Part shown: positions 51,962 through 64,000 of the stretch, piece by piece
Numbering within the stretch: position 1 is the stretch's first letter
Layout: every line of letters begins with the position of its first letter
DNA from: Octopus vulgaris
Taxonomy: Eukaryota
NCBI GenBank assembly: GCA_951406725.2
Contig: OX597815.1
Coordinates: forward strand, 161,448,001 to 161,512,000
Reading direction: 5' to 3'
DNA: 64,000 bases
Translations under genes and position numbers: made by a program
The notes under the pieces: generated by a model
Databases searched by the model: none
What the model was told of the DNA's origin: nothing
What the model saw: the letters and a program-made list of their open reading frames with translations, nothing else

Positions 51962-53112
51962 AGATTAATAGTAGTGATAAAAGAATTGTGTGTGACCCAC
52001 AGCCTAACAATAAAAGTAAGCCTTCACCAATTCTGACCCTAACTCTAAACTTTTCAAATGACTCAGACACTGGAATATATTCCATATCACCTGGTTACAC
52101 CAATGGAAGCCTTCTTTACACCAATATTATCTGGATAAAATATTCATCTTCAATAAATTGGTGAAATAAGGTATTTGTAACTCTTGTGATCACTTCTAGG
52201 GTGATTTTGTTTCATCTATCTGTGGAGTATATTGTGCTTTTCTTTGAGCCTATAACAATGGTTGTTTATCATATCAGGCAACTAGGCTGCACCAAAAGTA
52301 ATCACCTCAGCCATAGAAAACTGCTTCAACAAATACCATCAATTCCAAGCAAGCATGGAAAGTGGATATTAAATGATCATGATGATCAGGATGGTGATAT
52401 GAGGCTTTTGAGAAGAGTTTCCCACCTCAGTGAAACTGAGTTCTGGGAGTGCTGTTGTGTCCAGTTGCATGTAACATTTGCTGATGAAGTCAGCATAAAT
52501 TCAAAACATGTCTAAAATTTCCACCCACCATATTTGACATAAGAAATATTATTAACCCTTTAGAATTCAGATTATTCTGTCAAATGTAATGCTTATTTAC
52601 TCACATTGTTTTTGAATTAATCATGGATTATCTTGTAGCTTTGAGATTTTCATGTGATAGCTTATTTTAGAAGGACATTGTGTGGCAGGTGTTAGATGGT
52701 GTATCTGGCTGGTTTGACTATAAAACATGTAGAATATTTTGGTTAGTTATGGCCCAGTTTGAATGCTAAAGTGGATATTAAATGATCATAATGGTGATAT
52801 GAGGCTTTTGAGAAGAGTTTCCCACCACAGTTTTCACACAGCCTACTCCAACCAAGCAAAAATAGACAAGGAGCCTGCACAGCCCTTCAGCAGGTCAGCT
52901 CCAGTCAAACCATCCAACCCACACCAGTATGGAAAACAGAATGTGTGCATGTGTGTGTGTGTGTATGTGCATGTGTGCATGCATGCGTGTATGTATGCGT
53001 GTGTGTGTGTGTGTTTGTAGGATTTCCACATAGTTTGTGGCCACCAATTTCACCTCTAGGCTATTGTACTCTGCTAAAAGCACTCAAGGACCAGATGGTA
53101 TTGGGAACCAGT

Positions 53113-53345
53113 AAGGTGGCGAGCTGGCAGAATCGTTAGCATGCCGGGTGAAATGCTTAGCCGTATTTCGTCTCCCATTATGTTCTTAGTTCAAATTCCA
53201 CTGAGGTCGACTTTGCCTTTCATCCTTTCGGGGTCGATAAATTAAGTACCAGTTACGCACTGGGGTCGATGTAATTGACTTAATCCGTTTGTCTGTCCTT
53301 GTTTGTCCTCTCTGTGTTTAGCCCCTTGTGGGTAGTAAAGAAATA
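53113..53345 (+). mobile_element. Full-length young family B SINE with 16-bp TSD
   Basis: ggtattgggaaccagt at 53097-53112 and 53346-53361. Confidence 0.9.
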
Positions 53346-53679
53346 GGTATTGGGAACCAGTTGCTGGATTAAACCTTCAAACTGTCATTACATTGTGAAT
53401 GAAGCAGCACGATACAAAGCAGCAATTTGATTATATGAAAAAGAAATAAAACTTAGACGAATAAATAAACAATAAACTCGCAAATGAATAAATACATAAA
53501 TAAATAGATAAATAACTTTCATTATGAATTGTTTTGTTTTTTACCAGTATTTTCAGTTGTTTACTCTCGCTGATAATACTCTGATAACTGAATACTCGTA
53601 GTGAAATAAGGTAACCCAGTATTTTAATCGCTGGCCTTTATCACCAGATGGCAGATGACTAATAACTATTATCTTGTAT

Positions 53680-54425
53680 CTTTTACTTGTTTCAATCATT
53701 AGACTCCAGCCATGTTGAGGTACCGCCTGAAAGAACTTTTAGTCAAACACCAGAACTTATTTTATTTTAAAGCCTATCAATCACTGTTGCTGAACTGCTA
53801 AGTTATGGAAATGTAAACACAGCAACACCAGTTGTCAAGTGGTGGCGGGGAAACAAACACACACGCAAACACACACAGACAAGCACATGCATGTGCACAT
53901 TAATTTTTACACACACACACACATGCACGCACAAAACAGGCTTCTTTCAGTTTCTTTCTTCTGAATCCACTCACAAGACTTTGGTCAAGCTAAGGCTATT
54001 ATAGAAGACACTTGCACGAGGTACCACCGTGGGACTGAACCCTGAATCATGAGGTTGGTGAACAAGCTTCTTACCACAAAGCTACACACAAATAATTATG
54101 ACATTCCTTGAGAAAGCTATAAAATAATTCTTTATATAAGGGTAAGCAATACAGTTAAGTGAATTGATCTATGGTATTTCATTGGTGTTTAATTTATTGA
54201 TGGCCAAAAAAGGATGATGGACAAAATCTAACTGAAGAAGGGTTTGGTACACTGAGGTAGAATACACACAGGTACAGACGTGGCTGTGTGGTAAGAAGCT
54301 TGCTTCTCAACCACATGGTTCTGAGTTCAGTCCCACTGCATGGGAAAATGTTTTCTATTACAGCCTTGGGCTAACCAAGGCCTTGCAAGTGGATTTGGTA
54401 GACAGAAACTGAAAGAAGCCTATTG

Positions 54426-54471
<46 letters not shown>

Positions 54472-54725
54472 GTGTGTTTGTCTGTGTGTCTGTGTGTCTG
54501 TGTGTCTGTGCTTGTCTCCACCACCACCACTGCTTGACAATCAGTGCTGCTGTGTTTACATTCCTGTAACTTAGCAGTTCAGCAAAAGAGACCAACGGAA
54601 TAAGTACCAGGCTTTAAAAACTTAAGTATTGGGTTAATGCATTCAACTAATAATTCTACAAGGCAGTGCCCCAGCTTGGCCATAGTCTAATGACTGAAAC
54701 AAATAAAAACTAAAAGATAAAAAGT
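53680..54725. mobile_element. Two SINE A copies head to head (53680-54085 minus; 54270-54725 plus)
   Basis: Both match family A. Confidence 0.8.
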
Positions 54726-55924
54726 AAAACATAGGAATTAATCCTTCTCACTGCTATTTGTGGAATCAATTAACCAAGACACTCAATAGTTAACTAACAG
54801 TGGTTGCCAGGAGAAAGATTATCAGGCTGGGAAAAAATACTTCTAGTTTTAATATTATGCAAATTTCTGGATTTTTTATTAATTCTTTTTTTTTTATTAT
54901 TATTTTGATAACTCAGACATGTTATTTATAAATGTGAGTGGTTTGTTTTTTAAGGAAAATAACTTTAAATCTGTTATAAAATTTGTGATTTCACTGGTGA
55001 TGTTTACAGTTTTCAGTGAACTTTGTATTTTAATTTATGAATATAAACTAGTCTCAGAACTTGTAACAACAACAACAACAATAATAACAGCAGTGGCAGC
55101 AGCAACAACAACAACAACAACAATAATAATAACAACAATAATTGATGCATCATCTAAAATATCTTCCTATTTACTAAGTTTACAGCCTGCTTAAATAAAT
55201 CAAGAGGAATATGAATCTAAATAAGCCAGTAAAAAATATAAGGGAAGAAAAGAAAGCAAAAACAAAAAAATCAACAAACAAAAGCATACAATGAATAAAT
55301 TTTGAGTTTTGTGCAGTAAAGAAGAAATTAAGATTGACACTCATCTTTAAATGGCAAAAGAGAGGAGAAATTTGCATGCTTTCTACTAAAGTTTGATATC
55401 ACGGAAAGGAATTTAAATAATCATGCGGCAATTAAACTTAAAAACCAGGGGTTTTCAACCATTTTTTAAATCTACGGTCCCCTTTGATTATTGTTTTATT
55501 CTGGTAGCTCTCCTATAGCCATTCAATGTTTAAAAACTAGTTTTATAGAAACTTCTTTCAAAGTTCTTATTTTGTTTTTCAACATTAACTTGTGTAGGTT
55601 GAATTATGTAATTTGCTCAAGAGAAACTTAGCTGTTTCTGGCAATACATACCAATACATACATCTAAAGCAAAACATTTTCAGGGCCCCTTAAAACACTA
55701 TTGTGGGTCCCCAATTTACTATTTAGTTGTGTGGACCCCCCCAAAAGTCTTATATGGACCCTCAGGGACCATGTGGACCCCAGTTGAAAACCACTGATAT
55801 AAACCAATGTGAAAGTGTCTGTGGTTGCTTAAACTGCTGAAAATAGCTTCAAAAGTTCCTTCAAACTTCACCCTGTTGCTTTACAAATGGAATAATATAC
55901 TAAATAACTCAGTCCTGAATATAA

Positions 55925-56972
55925 TCCTTTCTAATATAGGCACAAGGCCAGCAATTTTCAAGGAGGGAGATAGTCAATTACATCGACCCTAGAGCTTAAT
56001 TGGTACTTATTTTATCAAATGTGAAAGGATGAAAGGCAAAACTGACAATGGTGGGATTTGAACTCAAAATCTAAAACTGGAAGAAATGCTGCTATGCAAT
56101 TTGTCTAGTATGATAATGACTCTACCAGCTTGAAGCCATTTTTTTGTTTTTCTAATTTTAGCACAAGGCCATCATTTTTGAGGGGAAGGGTAAGTACTTG
56201 ATTCGTACTTTATTTTATCATCCCATGAAATGTTGAAAGGCAAAAATCAACATCAGTGAAATTTGAACTCAGAACATAAAGACTCCAGAATATAATACAT
56301 ATGTGAAACAAAAAGAAATGGATTGCAAATTTTGGCACAAGGCCAGCAATTTTGGGAGTGGGGGTAAATTGGTTACTTTCATGCCAGAGCTCAAATGGTA
56401 CTTAGTTTATCAACCCCAAAAGAGTGAAAGGCAAAATTGACCTCAACAGAATTTGATCTCTGAATGTGGAGTCAGATGAAATGCTAAGAATCTTGCTAAT
56501 GATTCTGCCAGTTCACCACCTTAAGCTTATCGAATAATCCTATCTACTATAGGCACAAGGCCTGAATTTTGGGGGAGGATCCTAGTCAATTACATCGACT
56601 CCAGTAACGTATACTTATTTCTTATTTTGTTATTGCCCACAAGGAGCTAAACACAGAGAAGACAAAGGAGGACAGACAAATGGACTAAGTCGATTATATC
56701 GACCACAGTGTGTAACAGGTACTTATTTAATCAACCCCAAAAGGATGAAAGGCAAAGTTGACCTCGGCGGAATTTGAACTCAGAACGTAATGGCAGACGA
56801 AATACCTATTTCTTTACTACCCACAAGGGGCTAAATACAGAGAGGACAAACAAGGACAGACAAACAGATTATGCCGATTATATCGACCCCAGTGTGTAAC
56901 TGGTACTTATTTAATCGACCCCCGAAAGGATAAAAGGCAAAGTCGACCTCGGCAGAATTTGAACTCAGAATG
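55925..56972 (-). mobile_element. Cluster of about five family B SINE cores
   Basis: Repeated ggcacaaggcc..gtactta..aaaggcaaa..aatttgaactc units. Confidence 0.8.
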
Positions 56973-57864
56973 ATATATATTTCTATTTGTTCAGAAAATG
57001 ACATGTTTCCTTAATTTCTACAATATTGATGTACTTTTATGACCTACACCAGTAAAGTTCAAAGCCACATTCAAATTTACATTTTGTCTCATTTAGACTA
57101 TGTGAACATTTTCAATTTATTTTATAGAGAGATTGTAGTGAATTGGACAAAACACTCCTTTTCCCATAAAACATAATACTAAACAAACAACAGGCAATGA
57201 ATATTGTATACATAAGATACTTCTTTTCTGCAGTTTCATTGTCCACAATGAAATGTGCAGGTTATACGTAAATGCATATGATACATGAATAAACACAAAA
57301 GTCATTGAGCTATCTACATGTAATCGTCGTCATTGTCAATGTTGTCGTCATTATCGTTTTAACATCAACTTTTCCATGCATGCTTGGGTTAGACAGCAGT
57401 TGTTGAGGTGGATTCTCTATGGCTGGATGCCCCTCCTGTCACCTACGCTCACCTGTTTACAAGCAATGCACTGTGCTCCAGCCATGACCTGAGGTGTTAC
57501 TATCACATGATGTCAAAGAGACACTAACATACACATACATATACATACATAAATGCAGAAACACATATGCATACACACACACACACACGCACATGAGTGA
57601 GTGGAGAAACGAAAGAAAGTGTGGTAGCTATATTGGCCTTCCTGCACCTCTACATTTATTTGAATTTCCACCAACCTGAGGAAAAGCCCTGTTAGAGGTT
57701 TGGAAACTTTAAGTGGCACAGAATCCAAATCAAACTGTTTTGAACAATATACTTTTTTCCACTGAGAGCTTATACGCCCCAATATTAGACTGTTTTCTTT
57801 AGTCATTGCACAGTGATTGCTTATAAACTTTAAGCTTATAAAAATATATTATTAAGATCATAGA

Positions 57865-58562
57865 GGTAGTCAGAGTGTGTGATAATGTACTTAAACTCAG
57901 GTTAATCTTGCAGAATAGTATAGCTACAATTATATCTGCCTATGCTCCACAAGCAGGCTTACCAAATGAACAGAAGGACCAATTTTATGATATTCTTCTG
58001 CAGGCAACCTCAAAGACGAGTGACAATGATCTCATCTTCGTGGCTGGGGATTTCACCGGGCATGGCTCCTTCATGAACCACCCGATTTACAATACAGGTG
58101 ACTAGATGATAATCCACAGCACCAGATATTTTAAGCTTGGTATCTTTCATGGTGTTCATGGGAGCCCGAAACAAAGAGGGAACAAGACTACTGGAGTTCT
58201 GTCATACAAACGACCTTTTGATCTGCAACACCAACTTCAGGTGACTCTTCTAGCCAGATCGATTTCATTCTCCCTAGACAGCAGGATGCATGGTTGCTCT
58301 TAAATACAAAGATCCTCCCTGGTGAAGAATGTATCCCTTAGCATTGATGAGTCATTAGCGATTTTAGACTCCAGGCCAGAAGGATACCAAGAAGCAGACC
58401 AATCTGGAAAAGAAGGATTTGGAAGCTTAAGGACCCTTCATATGGTAGGCGATTTAGGGACATCCTAATTGAGAAATGCGATGAGAGGGAGGAGGAGCTA
58501 CAAATTTGTGATATAGAGGAGACCTGGGAATTCCTGCGAGACAGCTTGCTGAGTGCCACCAA
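57865..58562 (+). mobile_element. RTE-type LINE endonuclease remnant
   Basis: VLKLRLIL..TIISAYAPQAG..KDQFYD..IFVAGDFTGH are APE motifs; frameshifted downstream. Confidence 0.8.
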
Positions 58563-60174
58563 TATTCAAAGCATTTGTATGATGAATCAAGTTTGCAGAA
58601 TACTTGTAGGAACCAACAGAAGACTGTTTATGATTTTTACCCAACCTACTACAAAACTTAAATAAAAGCAGCTAAATCTCTGTAGAATCACATCTTACTG
58701 CCCTATGATTATCTGTTCACACAAAATGACTGGTGGTTCATCATGGATAGAATGCCTTTGAGCATAATTCTGTTCGGTTGAGACAAGGAATAATTACAAT
58801 TTGTTTATCAGAAGCTGGCAAGTATAAGTGAAGGCAAAGCTCATCTCTGCTCAGTTTGAGCATTCTTCTGCCCTAGTATTTTCTTTAACCCTTTCGAGAC
58901 ATGGTGTTTTGATATGTGTAGCCAAAAAGCCCAAATTTCTTTTGCTATTGAGGTACATCTACCAAAAGACGACCTCTGATTAACTTTTACATCTCAAAAC
59001 TGGATCGGCCTCCAAGTCCTTTCAGCTCGTATCACTTGGGCGGATCAATCTGTCAACAACATTGGTTTCTAATAAAGTTTTAAAGCTTTAAGGCTTTAAG
59101 GCTTTTTTGTATGTGTCATCAATCATTGTGATTGTAAGGCTTCATGGTTAGGGTATTCGACTCATGGCTGTAAAATCATGAGTTCTATTCCTGGCAGTGT
59201 TTTGTATCCTTGAGTAAGACACTTTATTTCACATTGCTCCACTCAGTTGGAAAAAAATGAGTAGTACCTATATTTCAAGGGACCAGCCTCATCACATTGT
59301 GTGGCACACTGAATCTCCCTGAAAACTACATTAAATGTATGCATGTCTGTGGAAGGCTCAGCCACTTGCACGTTAATTTCACAAGTGGGCTGTTCCAGGC
59401 TGTTCTATTGATTGGGTCAACTGGAGCACTCATCAACATAACCGATGGATTGCCAATTAGTTAGTCTATTAAGATTAACCTCTATTTCTATCTGGTGCCT
59501 ATTTATTTTATTGTCTACAGAGGGATAAGAAATTACTTATTTGCCTAGGGTTAAATAATAACAATATGTATGAATGACATTAAACTGTAATAAAATAAAA
59601 ATTATTTCTTTTCTTGTCATCATGATGCTTCAAATTTAGGAAAGGAAAAAAAAACATAGGAAGTTTATGTTTGTACTAAATCAACATCCACATATAATCC
59701 TATAATCCCATTATATTATTTATTCCCAAGAGTAAAGACTAGCTTTTAAACCTTTAAATACACATCCATATATGGCTGTGATTCTGTAATGCAAAACTGC
59801 CAAATTTAAAGCAGCTACACTGAAATTAAAAACCCTCATCATAATTTTATATAAAATACCTATTGTTGTTCCACACATCAGTTTAACGATGACATTTTTA
59901 TTAAGCTTTTCTAAATTCTTGATAATTTTCAAAATGAATGGAAACACTGTGTTGTAAATGGGTTACTAAAACACTGATGATAATGACTTGTGTTAAAAAA
60001 TCTATTTCAAGTGTTAATCACATCACCAAAGTGTGTCAAACAGAAAATAGATTATACTGCTTTGTCTCTCTTGAATAGTTAACAATAGATAAGCCAGAGC
60101 TATACGAACAATGGTTTCAATAATTCATAGAAAAATATTTAAATGTGTAGGAATCAGCTGGTTTATACAAAGAA

Positions 60175-60345
60175 AGCAAGATGTAAAATGGTGAAAGCTG
60201 AAGTACTTTGGAGATGATAAGAACAGTAAAGACTATCTTTGGTCTCGAATGACCAAGAGAGCAAGATGTAAAATGGTGAAAGCTGAAGTACTTTAGAGAT
60301 GGTAAAAACAGTAAAGACTATCTTTGGTCACGAATGACCAAGAGA
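60175..60345. repeat. Tandem duplication of about 86 bp
   Basis: gcaagatgtaaaatggtgaaagctgaagtacttt..gaatgaccaagagag occurs twice. Confidence 0.9.
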
Positions 60346-60544
60346 GTGCTCCTAGAAAGTTCCCCTCCAAGGCACAAGTCTGGGCAAGATTGTTTGTGGA
60401 ATTGAGCTAAGAATCTCATGATTGTAAGTTGAGTGCCTGAATAACACTCTATTGGAGCCTTGACTATGAAGTACAATTAATCTGGGAAAGAATTACATTT
60501 ATGCCCATATAGAGAATGAATGGCATCAACAATGGAAAAAATAA

Positions 60545-60580
<36 letters not shown>

Positions 60581-61269
60581 ATGCATGCATGATTGTGTGT
60601 CCAAGAATAGAGGTGATAGCAAACCAGGTAAGACAGCCAGTTTAGTCACCATCCACCTGACCACAAAACAAGTAGTAATGGATTACATTGTAAAAGTAGC
60701 AGGATGTCCCTGACCTTATGCTTGCTATAACCATTGTCAATATCGTTGTGATATCATTACTGTTTTGCTCTAAATTATCTTATCTTTTTATTCAGATGGA
60801 AACAGTAAATGGATTATGATAGGTACTTCAACAGTTCAGTCAACTGAACTGCCAACTTATTAAATTGTAGTTTAGGTGGCTGAGTATTCCATAGACATAT
60901 GAGGGGATGCTGAAAAGTTCCTAACTTTGTGGTAAAAGAAAAATACAAGAGTATCAGTCAATTATGATTTTATTCAACATATTCCTGCTCTCAGATTCAC
61001 ACACTTATTGCAGTGGTCCTTTAGATTTTTTAAGCCCTGTAAAAAGAATTCAGAAGGTTGGGCCACCAGCCAGGCCTTTAGTGATAACCTTGAAACCAGA
61101 AACTTTTCAACACCCTCTTGTTCATATCCTTAGAGTAATCCTTAATCAACATCTGCATGACATGTTATGTAACAAAGCTAGCATTTTGAATAAGAGGTAC
61201 AACCGAACTATTAAGCTTCCAAATAGTTTTTAATTTCCCTGATTCACACATGAGACTTGTATTCACTTA

Positions 61270-61600
61270 AGGCTAAAGGACTCCCTTTGGTCAAGAATGA
61301 CCATGGAATTGTACTGAGAATGTTCCCCTCCGAGGCACAAATCTGGGCAAGGTTGTTTATGGAAAACCAGCAGTCACCCATGCATAACAATCATCCCTCT
61401 CCATGCCACTGATGTTATCCAAGGGAAAGACAAAGACCAGCACAGCTTGGCACCAGTGACATCACAACTCATTTCTACAGCAGAGTGGACTGGAGCAACA
61501 TGAAACAAAGTGTCTTGCTCAAGAATACAACACACAGCCTGGTCTGGGAATTGAACTCACTATCTCATGATTGTGAGCCCAGCACTCTAACCACTGAGCT
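61270..61600 (-). mobile_element. SINE family D copy
   Basis: Reverse-complement match to 41953-42297. Confidence 0.8.
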
Positions 61601-62656
61601 ATTGTAGAAAATATTAACCAAAAGTTACCTTCAATGGAATTGAACCTGTAACCTTGTGATTGCAAAACCGACTGCCTATGTCATCGATTTATGCATGAAA
61701 GAGCTACACAGGCATTCATACTGCTATCTCAGCCTGCTGATGCTCAGACTTCAGCTCTGACACAGCTAATGGGAGTGAGCCACCTGTGTGCAAAGTTCTT
61801 GCAAGCAACTTCCAGTTATTTACACCTACTATTGTTACATTCACTCCATCACCACAGGGCTTTCCACTTCTCTGAACAGAACACCTTAGATGGTGACTAA
61901 GAAAGTTGGTGTCATCCCCGCCTCCCCAAACTGTCTCCCTGGGCCTCCACACCAAGTACCAAGTGGTATACAAGAGTATACTCTACACAATTAAATATTT
62001 TAATTTGATAGGCTTTGACTTAAGAGAGTGATTTGGCTGTTATTTCTAACAAGTCAAGTCAATGCATAGACGCTCCCTCCTTCACTTGCTCTATGACCAT
62101 ATAAAGGCTTATTCCATAGCTCAAAGGATGTGTTGTCCATGGTGATGGTAATGGAGGAAAAGTGTTGAATGTGCGTGCATGCATGTGTAGGTGGGAAATA
62201 ATGTTAATATTGGCTTTTAAAGGTCATTTCCTTGTTATTGTATTTCTATTGTTTGTTTTGCAGCTTTTTATTTTTTTAAATGTATAGTAATTTTAGAATA
62301 GAACACAAAGAAAAGTAAACATATTCTTGTTGGTTAATATTGCCATTATAAAAACAGTAAAATGGCCGAATAATTAGCACACCAGGTGAAATGCTTTGCA
62401 ACATTCCATCTGTCTTTATGTTATGAGTTCAAATTCTGCTGAGGTCAACTTTGCCTTCCATCCTTTCAGAGTCAACCAAATAAGCACTAGTTGAGTACTG
62501 GGGTCAAGTAATCAATTGACCCCTTCCCCAAAATTGCTGGCCTTGTGCCTAATTTTGAAATCAATATTATTACTATAAAAAAGTACCAATCAAGTACTGG
62601 TGTTAATGGTAATGATTAACTCTTCTCAGCAAGTGTTCACCTTATGCCTATTGTTA

Positions 62657-62714
<58 letters not shown>

Positions 62715-62733
62715 CATTATTATTATTATTATT

Positions 62734-62968
62734 AAGTTTAATTTGTCAAAATATTTTCATCGCTTTAAAGCACGAATTTTTGTCAGTGAACAGGTCGCAG
62801 TCTTAAAGTGACAAAAATATTTTGACAAATTAAACTTAAATGTTGAAGTGAATCAAACGGCTTTTGTGTGTTTCTTAAATGGCTTACAAACACCTTCCAC
62901 ATTGCAATTGTTTTCGTTTCAGCACACGATCTCAGATCAAATCACTTGCTATGCAAGTACATCTCCGT
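62734..62968 (+). mobile_element. Second copy of the G3:C8 HHR repeat family (HHR 62779-62829) with a 5' inverted arm
   Basis: Reverse complement of 33357-33555; core GTGAACA retained, GAAA changed to AAAA; 62734-62768 is inverted relative to 62804-62838. Confidence 0.75.
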
Positions 62969-62970
62969 AA

Positions 62971-63016
<46 letters not shown>

Positions 63017-63874
63017 TCTCAGAGCTCTCAGTCTTACTTGCTTTAGTTGATTCTGTGAGAGCAGGCAGCAACTTATTGTCAGAGGTCTCGCAGAGTCTCT
63101 TTCTACAAATCATAAGTTTTAGTACCTGGATGTTAACTTAATGTGGAGGGTATTCAACACCCAAGCACTAATCTGAAAATCCTAGCTGTACCAAATAGAA
63201 CAGTTTTTTGGGTCTGCTCTATCCTCATCTCAGTTCCAATTTCTCCGACATATTTCTCATACCTGAAACTTCAAAGTCATTGTCAATATTATTCTTTTTA
63301 AAGAATAATAAATTAAAAATCGACAAAAGTATGGGGTAACTCTTCAGATTAAAGTAAAATGGTTTTTATTATAAATGATGCCAGTGTCACATAACTGGCA
63401 CCCATTATGGTGGTGTCTAAAAAGCGCCATTTGAGCACTGGGCCTCATGGAGACAATGTGGCCAATGCCAGTGTCACATAACTGGCACCCATGCTGGTGA
63501 CATGTAAAAGCACTCATTTCACTCTCAGACTGAAGTCTGGTGCAGCCCCTGAGGTTACCAGCCTTGGTGAAACCATCCAACCCATACCAGCATGGACAAT
63601 GGCTGTTAAATGATGATAATGATGATGAGTGTTAATGGTGAGTTGAATGATGATGAGCACCATGCATCTTGCACAAGAGCATTTATACATCCATATCTGT
63701 TAACGGTTATTTTTTATGCTTTCCTCGCTGTATTGCATATTCGTTTCTTTTTTGCATCTGTTATTTTATTTTTGATCTTTTATATAAATCAAGATATATC
63801 CTTTGTTTTACTGCTTTTCTTTACATGAAATGAGGAGATACATTGCGGAACTGTTATTTTAGCGAGTTATATCT

Positions 63875-63987
63875 ATTTATCATCCGAAGGGACACATCGG
63901 CACTGCCGGATGTTACTGAATCAGTTGTTAAATACCCTACCTGTGAGTGATCAATACTAATGTGCCAAAACAACTGTCATGATAAAT
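63875..63987 (+). ncRNA. Degenerate long-stem-II hammerhead motif (family of 15664)
   Basis: ATTTATCAT-ccgaagg-GACACAT..ATGTGCC-AAAA-CAACTG-TC-ATGATAAAT; stem I is intact and the core is decayed. Confidence 0.45.
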
Positions 63988-64000
63988 AAATGTTCTCGTA

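Noticed and set aside
57513-57806. Unique-looking minus-strand ORF (MTKENSLILG..) as a host exon
   Set aside because: No recognisable domain or convincing splice pair, and it runs into a microsatellite.

Overview
AT-rich, microsatellite-dense animal non-coding DNA (intergenic or large intron). The SINE families and (TA)n/(CAT)n load resemble octopus/coleoid cephalopod DNA; this is an inference, not proven. No intact host protein-coding gene could be supported. Almost all tracked ORFs are microsatellite or SINE read-throughs. The window is a nested transposon graveyard: tRNA-derived SINEs of about four families, RTE-type and REL-type LINE remnants, Tc1/mariner, hAT, piggyBac-like MITEs, non-autonomous Helitrons, two copies of a solo LTR, and a near-identical 2.48-kb tandem duplication. 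The most striking signal is a dense set of about 15-20 type I hammerhead-ribozyme (HHR)-like motifs in several unrelated Penelope-like (PLE) repeat families. Most have the minimal palindromic stem III and many lie in fold-back inverted structures. Three intact-looking ones sit within 1.5 kb (32.7-34.2 kb) and show C3:G8, U3:A8 and G3:C8 versions of the catalytic-core tertiary pair. Another lies in a tRNA-headed (Pol III) element. All structures were read by eye and coordinates are approximate.
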